Shown: one piece after another, positions 24,110-39,008 of the stretch | How positions within the stretch are numbered: position 1 is the stretch's first letter | Layout: every line of letters starts with the position of its first letter | Translations under genes and position numbers: made by a program | The notes under the pieces: generated by a model | The model's database searches: none | Told to the model about the DNA's origin: nothing | The model's input: the letters and a program-made list of their open reading frames with translations, nothing else | NCBI RefSeq assembly: GCF_009914755.1 | Contig: NC_060929.1 | Source of the DNA: the human T2T-CHM13v2.0 reference genome, Homo sapiens | DNA length: 64,000 bases | Direction: 5' to 3' (one strand)

Positions 24110-27057
24110 AGAGGGGGCTTCAGGATGATGACTGACTAGAGTCATCTGACATTAGCCTCCTCCACAGAGAAGAACAAAAATAGCAAATAGATAATCACAC
24201 TTTGAAAACAGCAGCTACAAGATATAATGATATTCTATAATGATATCAATAATATAATGATATTCCCAGGAAAAACCTGAGGAATAGAAGGAGAGGGAAG
24301 TGAGGCACCCTGCCTACCTGGGATCACCTGGGACCCTGAAGAGGCTTGCCATGTGGAGAAAAGGTAAGTGAGAGATCCCCAGCCGTCCATATTCCCACAA
24401 TCCTAGCCACAGGAGAAGCTTTTGATTCCTGTGAGCCCTGAGACCAGTCTGGGAGCTACCTGGAGTCCGTAAAACATCATTGCTTTGGAGGGAGATCATG
24501 ATGGGTCCCGCGCATCTGCTGAGACCCAAGCAGTTGGAACATGGTACCATTTTGAGAACGAAGCCCTGACAAGACAGCATCCTGCCCTGGGGCTCAACAG
24601 TTCCTGAAACTCCATATCCCTGGAGCCCCATAGGATATCCCTCCACATCCACCCAAAGGGCTTCAGTGGTGGGATGTCAATTGAACCCAGAAGTCTTGCA
24701 GGGTTCCCAGTGCTCTAAGCTGCACAGTGTCCTATGCCTTGGAAAATGGCAGTGTAGTACAGGTAGTAGGCTGGTCTTGGGACAACAGGAGCAAAAATGT
24801 GTACTGTTCAGAGCCTGAAAGCCACCTGGCCATTGCCACTGAGAGTAATGCCACCCACACCAGAAACAGAACTGCTGTGCAATTGCATGTACCCTGAGGA
24901 CAAGCTCTCTTGGCCTGCCACCACCACTGCCGCTGCTGACTCCACACTGGGGGCCAAAACATGCACAAAGCCTGAGAGCCCCTTGCCTGGGGCTACTGCC
25001 ACTAACAGCAACGCCATCCTTGCAGGCAGCAGGGCAGCAGTATACTTTCACATTCCCTGAGGACAGGCTCTTCCCACCCACTGCTACCACTGCTACCTCC
25101 ACCCAATCATGCTACCCAGGGGCCTTCAGATAAGTTACACCTTTTCCACTAAATCCTTGCCCACGTGCACCATTAGAATACTGAAAATTGGCTTGCCCAG
25201 GCTGGTATCACCATCCCAGTGCACAAGCATGCTGCGTGGAGGCCTGAAACCTCCCTTCCCTATCCTCTACTGCTAGCGTCTATGGACTCCTCCCAAGGTT
25301 CTGAGGATGGGCCCACTCAACCTGCCACTACCACCAACACTAGCACCCACCTGCACATGCCACCTGGTCCACCCAGCCTATCACAGCCACTACTAACACC
25401 AGCACATGCTGCCTTGGAGACTGAATATTGTCCTGCTACTGCTATGATCATTCCCCATGTCATGCAGGCTGCCCAAGGACCCGATGACCCACTCACATAC
25501 CCAACTCACCGTTAATGCTACTGGCACCTGAGCAAGCTGCTCTGAGACCCAAGCATCAGACTACTTAATCCCGCTAACATCAGTGCCAACATATGTACCC
25601 AGGGCCCAAGGGGAGATAAACTTGGCCCACTGTTGTCACCACTAAAGCCTGAAGACTGGCCCAACTGACCTCCCCATTTCCAGCAAAGCCTAACTACAGC
25701 ATCCAGTAACAACCACAGCATCCAGTAACAACCAGTAAGCCACTGTGGAATCACAGACAACACTGACATTATTTATAGCTGAAGAAGTCATACAAAAACT
25801 ACACTACTTCAGGCATCCAGGATCAAAGCCAACACGTGCTACCCAACCAACACCATAGTTATAACTTCAGGAAAAAGACTTTCTCTATGAAAGCCATTCC
25901 AAAAAAATTGGAAGAAGTGATAATTACATCAAATGCACAGCTATCAATGTAAGGACACAAGAAACATGACAAAGTAAGGAAATATAACACCTTTAAAGAA
26001 ATAGAATAATTCTCCAGCAATAGATGCCAATGAAAAATAAATTTATAAAATGTGTGAAAAATTCAATATAATGATACTAGAGAAGCTTGGTGACATACAA
26101 GAGAACACAAATAAACAATACAAAGAAACCAGCAAACAATTTAGGATATGAATGAGAAATTTACAAAAAAGCTAGATATTATAAAAAACCAAACAAAAGT
26201 CCTGGAACCGAAGAATTCAACAAATGAAATTAAGAGCTTCAACAATGAACTAAATCAATCAGATAAAATAATTTCAAAATTTGAAGACAAGTTTTTCAAA
26301 ATAATTAGTCAAACCAAAAAAAAAAGAAGAAAGAATAAAAAAGAATAAGCAAAACATATATGATATATGTGATATCCTGTTGCAAATTCCAGAAGGTGAA
26401 GAGAAAGCCAAAGACATTTTAAAAAAATTAACAACTGAAAACTCTCCAAGTCTGACAAGAGATTTAGGAATCCAGAAAGCTTAGAAATTTCCAAATGGAA
26501 ATAAGCCAGAAAAGTCTTCTCCAGGGTACAGTATATTTAAAACATCAAATATCAAAGATAAAGAGAGAATTTTGTAACCAGCAAGAGAAAAGTGTCTAGT
26601 TACATATAAGGGAATCCCCATCAGAATAACAGTGAATTTCTCGGCGGAAACCTTTGCAGGTCAGGAGAGAATGGGATGATATATTCAAAGTGTTAAAAAA
26701 AAAAAAAGGAACAAAAATACCTTTCAGCCAAGAATACTACACTCAGCAATCTGTCCTTCATAAATGAAAGAGAAATACAGTTTTTCCAGAGAAGAAAAAA
26801 TCTTAAAAAAATCCATCGCCACTAAACCAGCCATACAAGAAATACTTAAGGGAGTCCTATATCTGGAAGCAAAAGAATAATATCTACCATCGTGAAAACA
26901 TATAAAAATATGAATGTTACTGATAGAACAAACACACAAATGAGGAAGAAAAATGACAATGTTACTACTGCAGACAACTAACAAACCACAATAATAAAAG
27001 ATCAGAGAGAAAGAAAGAAACAAAGGATATATTAAACAGCCAGAGAACACCAAAAAA

Positions 27058-27516
27058 ATGGCAGAAATAAGTCCTCACATATCAATAGTGACCTTTAATG
27101 TAAATAAATTACATTTTCCACTTAAAAGTTATACACTGGAAGAATGGATAAAAAAGCATTATGCAACTGTATGTTGTTTACAAGAAACCAATTTCACCTG
27201 TAAATACACATATAGACTGAAAGTAAAGGAATGGACAAAGATGTTCCATAAAAATGGAACCCATGTGCAAGCAAGAGTAGCCATACTTACATCAGATAAA
27301 CAGATTTTAAGTCAAAAGCAGAAAAAAAGGAACAAAGAAAGTCATTATATAATGATCAATAAATTAATTCAGCATGAGGATATAGCAATTCTAAATATAT
27401 ATGCAACCAATACCAGAGCACCCATATATATAAAGCAAATATTGCCAGATCTACAGAGAGAGATAGATTCCATTATAATAATAGTTGAGTACTTCAACAC
27501 CCCGCTTTCAGGATGA
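27058..27516 (+). pseudogene. L1 ORF2 endonuclease-domain remnant
   Basis: MAEISPHISIVTFNVN...CCLQET...ILNIYATNTRAP...YFNTPLS, then stop. Confidence 0.9.
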
Positions 27517-27803
27517 CACAAATTTTATCCAAGAGCTACAGAATACACATTCTTCTCATCAGGATATGCAGTATTATCCAGTATAAATCATATGTTGGGC
27601 CACAAAATAGGTCTTAAAAATTTTTTCAAAGTAAAAATCACATCAAGTATCTTCTCAGACAACAATAAAATAACACTAGAAATCAATAACAAGAGAAACT
27701 TTGGAAACTGTAAAAATACATGGTAATTAAACAACATGCTCCTGAGCAACCATTAAGTCAACAAAGAAATTGAGAAGAATTTTTTTTTTTTTGTCTTAAA
27801 ACA

Positions 27804-28118
27804 GGAGAAGTGCAGTGGCTCATGCCTATAATCTTAGCATTTTGGGAACCTGAGGTGGGCAGATTGCTTGAGCTTAGGAATTTGAGACCAGCCTGGGCAA
27901 CACAGTGAAACCTCAGCTCTACAAAAAATACAAAAATTTAGCCAGGTGTAGTGGTGCAATCCTGTAGTCCCAGCTACTACAGGGGCTGAGGTGGGAGGAT
28001 TGCTTGAGCCTAGGAGGTCGAGGCTACAGTGAGCAAAGATCACGCCACTGAAATCCAGCCTGGGAGACAAAGTGAGACCCAGTCTCAAAAACAAAAAACA
28101 AAACAAAACAAAAAAAAA
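27804..28118 (+). mobile_element. AluJ inside L1 ORF2
   Basis: gattgcttgagc...ggaggattgcttgagcctaggaggtcgaggctacagtgagc; (AAAAC)n tail. Confidence 0.93.
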
Positions 28119-31100
28119 CTAAAACAAATGAAAATTGAAACACAACATACCAAAACCTATGAAATACAGCAAAAGCAGTGCTAAGGAGAAAGTTTATAGC
28201 AATAAATGTCTACATCATAAAAAAGAGAAAAAAATAAGTAAGAATCTAGCAGTGTATCTTGAAAATCTAGAAAAGTAAGAACAAACCCAACTCCAAATTA
28301 GTAAAAAGAAATAAAAGTCAGAAATAAATAAAACAAAAAGGAGTCTAAATAAACAATACAAAGGATCCACACAATGAAAAGTTGGCTTTTTGAAAAGATA
28401 AATAAATTTGTAGACCTCTAGCTATACTAACCAAGGAAAAAAAGAAAAATGATCCTAATAAAATCAGAAATGAAAAAGGATAAATTACAACTGATACCAC
28501 AGAAATTCAGAAGATTATCAAAGACTATTATGAATAACTATACACAAATAAACTGGAAAACATAGAGAACATGGATGCATTTCTGGAACATAAAACTGAC
28601 CAAGACTGTATCAGGAAGAAATAGAAAACATGAACAGGCCAAAAATCATAATGAGATTGAATCAGTAATAAAAATTAAAAAGTTGCCAAAAAAAGTATAG
28701 CTCAATACTGGATGGCTTCACTGCTAACTGAACTAACCTGTAAAGAACTAACACCAATTCTCCTAAACTGTTCCAAAATATTAAAGAATAGAGAATTCTC
28801 CCTAAGTCATTCTAGGAAGCCAGCATTAACCTGAAGCCTAAACCAGACAAGGAGACAACAACAACAAGAACTGCTGGCCAATATCTCTGATGAACGTAGA
28901 AGCTAAAATTCCGAAACTATATTAGCAAGCTGAATCCAACAGCACATCAAAAAGATAATACGCCATAATCAAGTGTGATTCATCCCAGTTACACAAAACT
29001 GGTTCAACATATGCAAATCAAATGTGATACATCACATCAGTAGAATGAAGGGCAAAATCCATATGATCATCTCAATAGTCGCAAAAAAGCACATGATAAA
29101 ATTCAACATCCCTTTATAGTAAAACTTCTTAACAAATTAGACATAGAAGAAACATACTTCAACATAATAAAGGCTATGTATAAAAACCCACAGCTAATAT
29201 ACTGAATGGGGTAAAGCTGAAAGCCTTTTCTCTAGGAATTGGAACAGGGCAAGAATGACCACTTTCATCACTCTTATTCTACGTAGTACAGGAAGTCTTA
29301 GCCAGAGCAGTCAGGCAAGAGAAAGAAAGAAAAGGCATGCAAACAGGAAAAGAGAAAGTCAAATTACTCCTCTATGGAGATGATATGATCTTACATTTAG
29401 AAAAACCTAAAGACTACCAAAAAAACCCTCTTAAATCAAATAAACAAATTCAGTAAAGTTTCAGGATATAAAAATCACTAGCATATCTAATAATGAACTA
29501 GCTGAAAAATAACTCAATAAGGCAATTTCATTTACTATAGCTACAAAAAAAAAAAACAAAAAAAAAAAAACCCTAGGAATAGATTTAACCAAGAAAGTGA
29601 AAAAGCTCTCCAAGAAAAACTACAAAACATTGATGAAAAAAATTGAAGATGACAGCAACTAAAAAGACAACTCATGCTTATGAATTAGAAGACCATATTA
29701 CCCAAAGCAATATACAGATTCAATACAATCTCTGTCAATATACCCATGAGGTTTTTACAGAAATAGGAAAAACAACCCTACAATTTGTATGGAATCAAAA
29801 AGCAGCCTGAACAACCAAGGAAATCCTGAGCAAAAGTAACAAAATTGGAGTTATCACACTACTTGACTTTAAAATATGTTACAAATCTATAGTAACAAAA
29901 ACAACATGGTATTGACATAAAAACAGACACATAGACAAAGGAAAAGAATAGTGAACCCAGAAATAAATCCATGTATTTACAGATAACTGATCTTTGATAA
30001 AGGTACCAAGACCATACATTGATAAAAGGGAACCCTCTTCAATAAATGGTGCTGAGAAAAGTGGATATCCCTATGCAGAAGAATGAAACTAAAATCCCAC
30101 CTCTCACTCTATATAATATCAACTCAAAATGGTTCAAAAACTTAAATATAAAACCCCAAATTATAAAACTACCAGAGGAAAACATAGGGGAAACACTCTA
30201 GAACATTGGTTTAGGCTAAGATTTTATGGCTAAAACCCCAAAGGCACAGGCAATTAAAGCAAAAATAGACAAATGAAACTATATTAAAGTAAAAGTCTTC
30301 TGCACAGCAATGGAAACAATTAACAAAGTGAAGAAACAACTTGTCACTGGGAGAAAATATTTGCAAACTATCTGGCAAGGGACTAATATACAGAATATAC
30401 AAGGAAATCAAACAACTCAACAGGAAAATAGATAAATAATCCCATTAAAAAGTGGGCAAAGGATCTGAATAGGAATTTCTCCAAAGAAGACACACCAATG
30501 GTCAAAAGGGATAGGAAAAAAAAAATATTTAACTACATTAATTATCAGGGAAATGAGAATCCAAACCACAATTAGATATTATCTTACACCCGTTAGAATG
30601 GCTAAAAGACAATAAATAACATATGCTAGCAAGAATGCAGAAAAAAAGGGAACTCATGCATTGTCGGTGGGAATGTAAGTATAGCCATTATGGAAAATGT
30701 ATGAGGACTGCTCAAAAAACTAAAAATAGAACTACAGTATGACCCAGCAATTCCAATACCAGGTATTTATCCAAAGGAAAGGGGAAATCAGTATGTCAGA
30801 AGGATACTTGCACCCCTGTGTTTATCACAGCACTTTTCACAATAGCAAAGATATAGAATCAACCTAAGTGTTCATCAGTGAATGAATGGATAAAGAAAAT
30901 ATGCTACATGTAAATATTTATATATACACAAATAATGGAATATTCTCCAACTATACAAAAGAATGAAATCCTGTCATTTGCAGCAACATGGATGAAAGTG
31001 GAGGTCATTATGTTAAGTGAAATAGCATAGAAATAACACAGAAAGACAAATATAGCATGTTCTCACTCCTATGTGGGAGCTAAAAAGGTTGAGATCATGG

Positions 31101-33234
31101 AGGTAGAGACTAGAATGTTAGTTACCAGAGGTTGGGAACAGTGTGTGTGTGGGGTGAGATGAAGAAAGGTTTGCTAATGGGCACACACATATAGGGAGAT
31201 ATAAAGAATAAGTTCTAATGTTCAATAGCAGAGTAGAGTGACTGTGGTTAACAATAACGTGTTTTGTATTTCAAAATAGCCAGAAGAGAGAATTTTAAAT
31301 ATTCCCAATACCTAGAAAGGAATGAAAAATTCTTAAATACCCTGACTTGATCATTGGACTTTCTCTGCATGTTACAAAACATCACATGTACCCCATAAAT
31401 ATGTACGAATATTATGTATCAATTAAAAAATTTTAAGGTCAACGAGGTAAGCCATGGTAAGCACTAAATATGCTTCCTGGAACACTTATCATTTATCTGC
31501 AATCACATTTTCTAAAATTACGTGAGTATGCATTTTTACATAGAATTAGAATATGATGGTTATTACAGAACTAGGTAAAGTCATAATATGTGACATTTTC
31601 CAGTAGGTTTTTTCAGAGAAATATATGAATAAGAATACATTTATTAGGTTGGTGCAAAGTACTTATAAACGTATTCCTGTTTATATTTCTCTCTGTATAG
31701 CATACTAAATTGGGATGAAAAGATACTTATGACTTCAGGTTGGGTCATGTGTATAGATATCAGGCTTCTCGAAAATATATCCTGGGAGAACTTTATTTTT
31801 ACTATACCTTAAACACATGTGAGTTTGAATAAATTAAATGAAATATAGAAAAATTATTAAACATAATGCGAGTTGCTTCAAGAAAAATAAAAGAGGGTTT
31901 GGGCAGGACTCAGAGTGTGCAGTAAAATATTAGTTCAGTAAGGTCATACATGTTTCTTTTTGATCAGAAAGAAAAGATGCTTGGATTCTTTGTTGACTGA
32001 GAATTTTGCATATCATTAGAAGAGGGCATCTTGTCATTTTATGCTATAAAATGCATTGGGTAACCTAAGGCTAGCTAATATAAATCATAAAGAAAGCCAG
32101 GTTTATTGAATATCAGATTTCCATTAAATCACATTTATATACAAAGAGACAGTTCAAATTGTAATTGAAGTTGTCAGCTTTCATTCATCTTATAGGGGAT
32201 TATTCAAGCTGCACATTACTCATTGTTTTGTACTTTGAGTCAATTTATCTAAGTACTCTTGCTGTAAAAAAATGAAAAGGGACAAGCTGAGTTTTTCCTG
32301 TTAAATGTAACAAAATAGTACTGATTTTTAATCACAAGCAATATTTTTCTCATTCAAAAATAAGTAATACATCATCTCAATTTATGTTTCATTTGTAAAG
32401 CATATAAAAAGACAATCAGTAAGTGATATAAAATAATTAATTTAAATGTAGAAAATGTCAACTCTTCAGGAATAACCTGAAAATAAAATATATTTTAGCT
32501 GAAAAATTTCTAGTAAGGGACAATGAGAATTATTCAATTGATTGAAAGATTACTATTTATTAATACCAGTCAACTTTTATCCTGATAAAATGCTAGCTTC
32601 TTGTGAAGTAAATATAAAAACTTTGAAATTGCTTAGATAAAAAATCATGAAAATTTTAAAAAAAATAAATCTTGAAAAAAATCAGGTGAAGAAATCTTAG
32701 TTCTTAATTTTAGTAATTTCCAAATTATACCTTTATTATAAACCTCATAGAAGTTACATTTACATTTGTCACCAAAATAAATGTTGTTGTGTGCCATTCA
32801 AAACTATATGTCTTTTGGGAACATAGCCTGAGCTATTTTATTTTATCTCCATTGATCCAACCACAAAATAATATGCAGCGGAATGTTGATTTATAAACTT
32901 ACCATGGAAGTTAAAAATACTGAGTATTTGTGCAGTTCATAAATAAATATATTCAAGTACTACGCTTGTTTTCTTTTTGTCTTGCTTTTCACTGTAAGTC
33001 TTTTATTATAATTGTCATTTGGTATTAATACACATATTTCTCGTGAAAACAGACTTACGTTTTTAACATTTTAGAGGTTGTGGACACTCAGAGGCTATTC
33101 AAGTCATGTTTCTGACCAATTTATGGAAATTGTCATCCCATAATGTGAAGATGAATATATACTGTCTGAAATAGTCAGCACTCGTGATGCTAGGGACTGC
33201 AGTCTTGATCTTATGTCTACTATGGATTGTCAGT

Positions 33235-33480
33235 AATTCATTGTTTTATTCATTTGTGTTGATTCTATTCATTGTTCATTCATTCTCCAAAATATATTGA
33301 ATGTTCACTGTGCAGCAGGCACTCTGCTAAGCCCTGGGATTTCTTTATATACTTGTAGATAGTCCCTGTCCTTGTGGTTTACCACCAGCTGTGGAGAAAA
33401 ACAGCAGTCAAATAATCACACAAATGCAAATTTATACATCATATTGAATATAAAGAAGCACCTATTATGAAAGAAACTTC
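33235..33480 (-). mobile_element. L2 3' end relic
   Basis: cattcattc...atatattgaatgttcactgtgcagcaggcactctgctaagccctggga. Confidence 0.75.
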
Positions 33481-33855
33481 TATGTTGGGAAAGAATCATC
33501 CGGCAGTTTGACTTAGTCTGTCAATATTGTTTCCAACATGATTTTTTAAATGAATTATTTATGATACTTTTATTTATTGCCTTGTTACATTTTCTTATCA
33601 ATTCTCATGCTACTTTAGTTGATTCCCTTGAATTTTCTAAGTACGTTAACATATAATTGTCAAAATTTATTACTTCTACCTTCTCTTATAAACAGGAAGA
33701 AAGCTAGAAATAGAGATGTGTTCTACCTTCTTCTTATTTAATTACATTTGTAGCTATTTTAATATAAGCTTTATCATTTAGGTGATAAAAATTGTCGAAA
33801 TGTTTGTATTATTTTTATTTTAAGTGAGGATGTTTTAAGGGTGAGTTTGGTTAAT

Positions 33856-33958
33856 TTTATTCAACAAACATTTGTTGAATATTCCATGTTCCAGGCACTG
33901 GTGATGCAGGGAAATAGACCAAAAATCCCTGTCTCATGAGACTTGTATTTTAGTAAGG
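33856..33958 (-). mobile_element. L2 3' end relic
   Basis: attcaacaaacatttgttgaat...ccaggcactg...aaaatccctgtctcatgagactt. Confidence 0.75.

Positions 33959-33959
<1 letters not shown>

Positions 33960-34002
<43 letters not shown>
33960..34002. repeat. (TG)~21 microsatellite
   Basis: Direct reading. Confidence 0.97.
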
Positions 34003-34004
<2 letters not shown>

Positions 34005-34983
34005 ATATAAAATCTATTTTCCCATTAAATATTTTTATAGAGGCTTAGTTAGCTGAGAATAATAGGCACCAAATACCTAGCAGTAAAGCTAAGAGATAAA
34101 ATGCAACTATTTTTTACCCATAGCTCATTGTTTGACTACTGTATATAAGCTATATACAGGAAAATAAGCATTTTATTAATTAAAAAGACATAATTATTAA
34201 AACTTTGTTTATATAAAGCTACAATTGTAGTAAGGATTACTGGGCATTTACTGTCCTCCTAGTAGGAGAGTACCTCTTCTTCAAGCTAAGCCAAGAAGGA
34301 AAGGATTTTTGAGAAGTAATGGAATGGCTTACTTAACATGTACCTCTTGAGAGTTTCTGGGAGCACTGATATGTACCTCTTAAGAGAGTTTCTGGGGGCC
34401 ACTGGGAAGGAGGAGGTAGGCATACTTTGAGGCATTGTCACTCTTATTCAGGAATTTTTCACCTTTCTGGAGAACTCTCAGGGAGTTTTTGAGGAGGGTG
34501 AATGCCTCTCAAATTGGCACGTCTCCTTTCTCCAACCTTAGCCATCTGGGTACACCTCCAGATCCTTTCTATTGGCATCATTTTGCCCATCCATATCAGA
34601 TGGGCTTCCTGACCAGAAGTACAAAGAATCTAATGACAAGATTTTCTTCTGATTCTAACCCAAACTTGATCCATGGGAAATTCTAACCCAATTTCTTATG
34701 CAAAATGTTCATGCAAAAAGTCTCATGCAAGAAGTCCAGACACCTCTGCTATGACATCAACCCAACTAGTAGCATAGTTTTTGAATTATTAGATGTGAAT
34801 CAGGCACTATCCACTGGACCTTTCAATCTCCAAGAGAAACAGATTTGTTCTATGAATGATCTGGTTGTACATGTTTTCCCTTTACACTCCTTCAACTCAC
34901 AGCATCCTATATTTTCTGTCTTTCATTGGCCTCCTCAATTTAATTATAGGCTGGAGCTGGATTGTCAGATAGAGGTGAAGCAT

Positions 34984-35247
34984 GGAAAACCAAACATCAT
35001 ATGTTCTCACTCACAAGTGAGAGCTAAGCTGTGAGGATACAAAGGCATAAGAATGATACAATAAGGTTTGTGGACTTGGAGGAGAGAGTGAGTGGGGAGT
35101 GAGGGATAAAAGACTACAAATTGGGTCCAGTGTATACTGCTCGGGTGATGGGTGCACCAAAATCTCACAAATCACCACTAAAGAACTTACTCACGCAACC
35201 AAACACCACCTGTTCCCCCCAAAACCTGTGAAAATTAAAAAAAAAAA
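34984..35247 (+). mobile_element. L1PB (PB1/2-like) 3' end
   Basis: gctaagctgtgaggatacaaaggcataagaatgataca...aaatcaccactaaagaacttactc plus A-tail. Confidence 0.92.
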
Positions 35248-37990
35248 GTAATAGACAAGAACACACAGATACTGTACTGTGATAATTTGATTAAAGATTG
35301 CAATAGAATTGGCCAACATCTCAACAGAGTTACAGGATTGTCAAATTTTCTGAATTACCTCAACAGAGAGCCAATAATCTGAGTCTGGGAATGCTAAATG
35401 AAATCCATGCCTCCTACGTTTTAAATCAAAAACTAAAAAAGACAGATTTTATTTCAAAAATAAAAGTATTTTTCTGAAAACAAAAAGAATCTGGTTTAGT
35501 TACAAATTTTGTATTCTGGCACAGAGGTTACATAGCTCACTGTAGGTAATAGCGTAGAAACTAAGTAGAACACTTCAATTCTGGAACAGAACTATACCTT
35601 CTGTTACGGTTTGTATTAAGTTTCAAATAACCTTTTGTGAACTTTATCATTTTAATAACCAAATAGAGAGTAATAGTATGCCTGGTAGATGTGTGCTAAT
35701 TATGTTGGGAACTTCTTATTTCAAAAACAGCAAGGTCACAGACACATTCTAGCCGGTTGACATGTCCCCTCTGCAATCCTATCTCTTTGATGTTCTCAGG
35801 TCTGAGAAGTCATCCTTATCTTGCCATTGTAAAAACATTATTCTAATATGCTAATTCTTTAGCATGGCACATAAGTGCTTTCTATTATTATCAAAATCTG
35901 ATAATGTTCTTTTTTATTATTTATTTTTTTCAACAGGTGACTGTTAGCAGTGAACCTTCAATAATTTGTCTTCAATGCTTAGCATAAAACTTGACACAAA
36001 TAGTAAGCACTAAATAGGTATTTCTGATTAAAGAGATTCATAATGAATGACTAAATTTTGTAATTCATCATGTGAATATGATACTTTCATCTACTATACT
36101 ACTCCCTTGCACTTATGACTGCACATTTGTATCATTATTAGCAACACTTTGAGTATCCTCTTGGAATTTTTTTGCCTATATCTATGCTTGAATATTCAAA
36201 TTGGTTCCTAAAATTGATCATTAATTATTTAGTACATACTTTAAAGGTTTTACATATGCACTTCTCGGAAGCCTCAATAACGTTATGAGTTACCTTTTAA
36301 TTGATTGACTGAGAGATAAAAAATATCACCACAGGATGTGTTAATTTTATTTGGCTACTAGTAGGATAAATGTGCTTTTTATTTGTTTCATTGTATTTGT
36401 ATATAACCATTTCAAAACTAGTGAACTGATTTTTTCATGGTATTTGTCCATTTTTCTCTTTGGATAGTTGTTTTCTTGCTGATTTATGAAATTATTTTAT
36501 TTATTAGTAAGATATATGACTTGAACATATATGGCAAAGAATAATCTCACTAGTTGTTATAAATCTATTTTTTATGGTGACTTTAACTTTCAAAAATTTT
36601 AATTTGTAGGCAGTCAGGTCATGCTGTTTTGACTTTTAATATCTTAAAAAGGTTTTTCTTGCAACTTTTAAACATCACTTGTATTTATTAAATGCATGGT
36701 TTCTTTAACCCTTATATATTTTGTCTTATGGACATCTCTTTATTTCAATGTGTTTGGGTTGTTAGGTTAATTTATAACTTGAAACAAAAAAATACAAACA
36801 CATATACACACAGGTGAACTCTTGGTGTACTCTTACAGTTTTACACATTTCCATTAGGCTAACCTGTTAATCAGTCATTCCAATAAGATTTCAGAATGTT
36901 ATTTTGGGTATTCTGTCCAGTAAACCCTATGTATTTTTGCACGTATTATTTTGAGGATACTTAATATGACACACTACTACTTCTGCTTGCAGCACATTCT
37001 TGCGAGTATGTGATTAACTTTCCACTATTCTGTTAATTTTAGATTATGTCCTAAATTAATATACATTTGAATTTAAGGTTAAATGTGACTGGTTGACTCT
37101 TCTTGTCTGTGTTCTTAGCCCACCTGGTCAGTTTTCTCCATAACTGATTTTACTTCTTTAATAATAATACCAGGTACCATATGGGGATTATTTGTTGACT
37201 TTTCTATTCCCCAGTAGACTATGTGGTTGGGATGTGTTTTACTACTTTTCTAGTTCTAGAGAAGATATTCAGATAGTTCCATTGATTTCTTCACACTAAT
37301 TTGAAAGACATACAACCTCCATTCGTAAGAAAGGATTGGTCCATGTGGAATAAGTGGAGTAAGAATATTTTAAAATCTCAGGGAAAAAGTAAATATAAAT
37401 TATGCAGAAAAGTAAACATGTAATACCCTGGCAGGTTCAACAACTCAAGGAGGCTTACTCAAACATTAAAAGGGAAGGTCTTTGGGTACTACGCGGGCTA
37501 ACTGATGGCTCCTCAGAATGAGCTACACTGTCTTTGCTTAGAGATGCTAAAATGAAAGCAAAATTTCACTGCATACTCCCTTCAGGGACTATATCCTTTC
37601 CCAAGATCTACCAAGTTAAGGATCTCTTCCATCCCCTATTTTGCGTTCCTTCTCTGACCTCAGAAATCATTTCTTGTCTTGGTAATGTAGTTTAAAATTG
37701 TGTTACTTTCTCAAATTTCACGTGTTTCTGCAAACATTTTATGGATATATGATGCTTTTGGCTTCTCTTAAGGTTGATGATGTTGAAACATGAAAGTTAA
37801 GAATCGATTCATATATTTTTTAACTTCTTTACGCAATTCTTTTCTGTACAATATCCTACTTGAGGTAATTCATACATAATGCCTCCGTGACTGAATGGGA
37901 AAATGGCTGCATAGTAGTGAGAGGTTTTGAGAACAAACTCACATTGACTGATCTTTCTAAATATTGCCCAACCACAGCAATTAGTAACTT

Positions 37991-37993
<3 letters not shown>

Positions 37994-38053
<60 letters not shown>

Positions 38054-38071
38054 CAGAGAGAGAGAGAGAGA
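37994..38071. repeat. Compound (GT)n(GA)n microsatellite
   Basis: Direct reading. Confidence 0.97.
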
Positions 38072-38706
38072 AACATAGGTACCAAAACACACAAAAAACC
38101 TGTCCTTGTGTGGATCACATTCTGGCAGAATTTGGGCTATCATAGAACTTGACGTACTTATTCAACCTCCACTACACAAATGTTTATTTACTAAATTATT
38201 AATGTGTGAGTGAATTAAAAGTATTTCCCTTATGAAGTTCAAAATGTCAAATGGAAAATACATTTTATTACCAGCAAACCAAGTAAGAACTGTAAAATAA
38301 GTACATCAAGTGGTAAATAGAGCAATTTTTAAGTCTGCTGAGGAAAATGACCCAAGAAAGCTTCCCCAGAAGAGATGACATTAAGATGCACTTTGCAGAA
38401 CATATACTTTTTTTCTTTCTGGAATGAGGGATGAATAAAGCAATTCTACATGTGAGAAAAGACATACTGTCATGAAGCATTTTGTCTCATATAAGACACA
38501 GAGATCATTATGGCATAAAAGAATAAAATATTCACTTGCCTCTCCATGTAACTCCTCTGTTATCTCCTTCAATATACCTTTAATACAGACAAACCTACAC
38601 TTTGAATTCCTGAAATTTTCAGCAATTTCTTCTTGCATGTCTATGATAGATTCAAAAAATAATTTTCATTGTATTAAGCAAGATTTCTTGTTTAAAAATT
38701 ACTTTC

Positions 38707-39008
38707 AGCTGGGCGCAGTGGCTCATGCCTGTAATCCCAACATTTTGGGAGGCCAAGGCTGGTGGATTACTTGAGGTCAGGAGTACAAGACCAGCCTGCT
38801 CAACATGGTGAAACCCCATCTCTACTAAAAATACAAAAATTACTCAGGTATGTTGGTACATGCCTGTAATCCTAGCTACTCAGGAGGGTGAGGCAGGAGA
38901 ATCACTTGAACGTGGGAAGTGGAGGCTGCAATGAGGTGAGATCATGCCACTGCACTCCAGCCTGGGCAACAGAGCAAGACTCCATCTCAAAATAACAATA
39001 ACAATAAT
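38707..39008 (+). mobile_element. AluS
   Basis: Full dimer with (AAC/AAT) tail; tactttca on both sides as TSD core. Confidence 0.93.

Larger units (their letters stand above)
24110..31432 (+). mobile_element. Near full-length L1MA4-like LINE-1 (dead)
   Basis: 5'UTR start gggggcttcaggatgatgactgactaga; ORF1 remnants ~25970-26880; ORF2 start at 27058; RT remnant (ctctatggagatgatatgatc, ~29370); L1MA4-type 3' end; degenerate TSD aaagtcagtgag / aaggtcaacgag. Confidence 0.92.

Noticed and set aside
24314-25769. Cluster of overlapping 70-140 aa ORFs on both strands
   Set aside because: They lie in the GC-richer L1MA 5'UTR where stops are rarer; no recognisable domain.
37809-38090. ORF with LSLS/THTH runs
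   Set aside because: Translation of the (GT)n(GA)n microsatellite.
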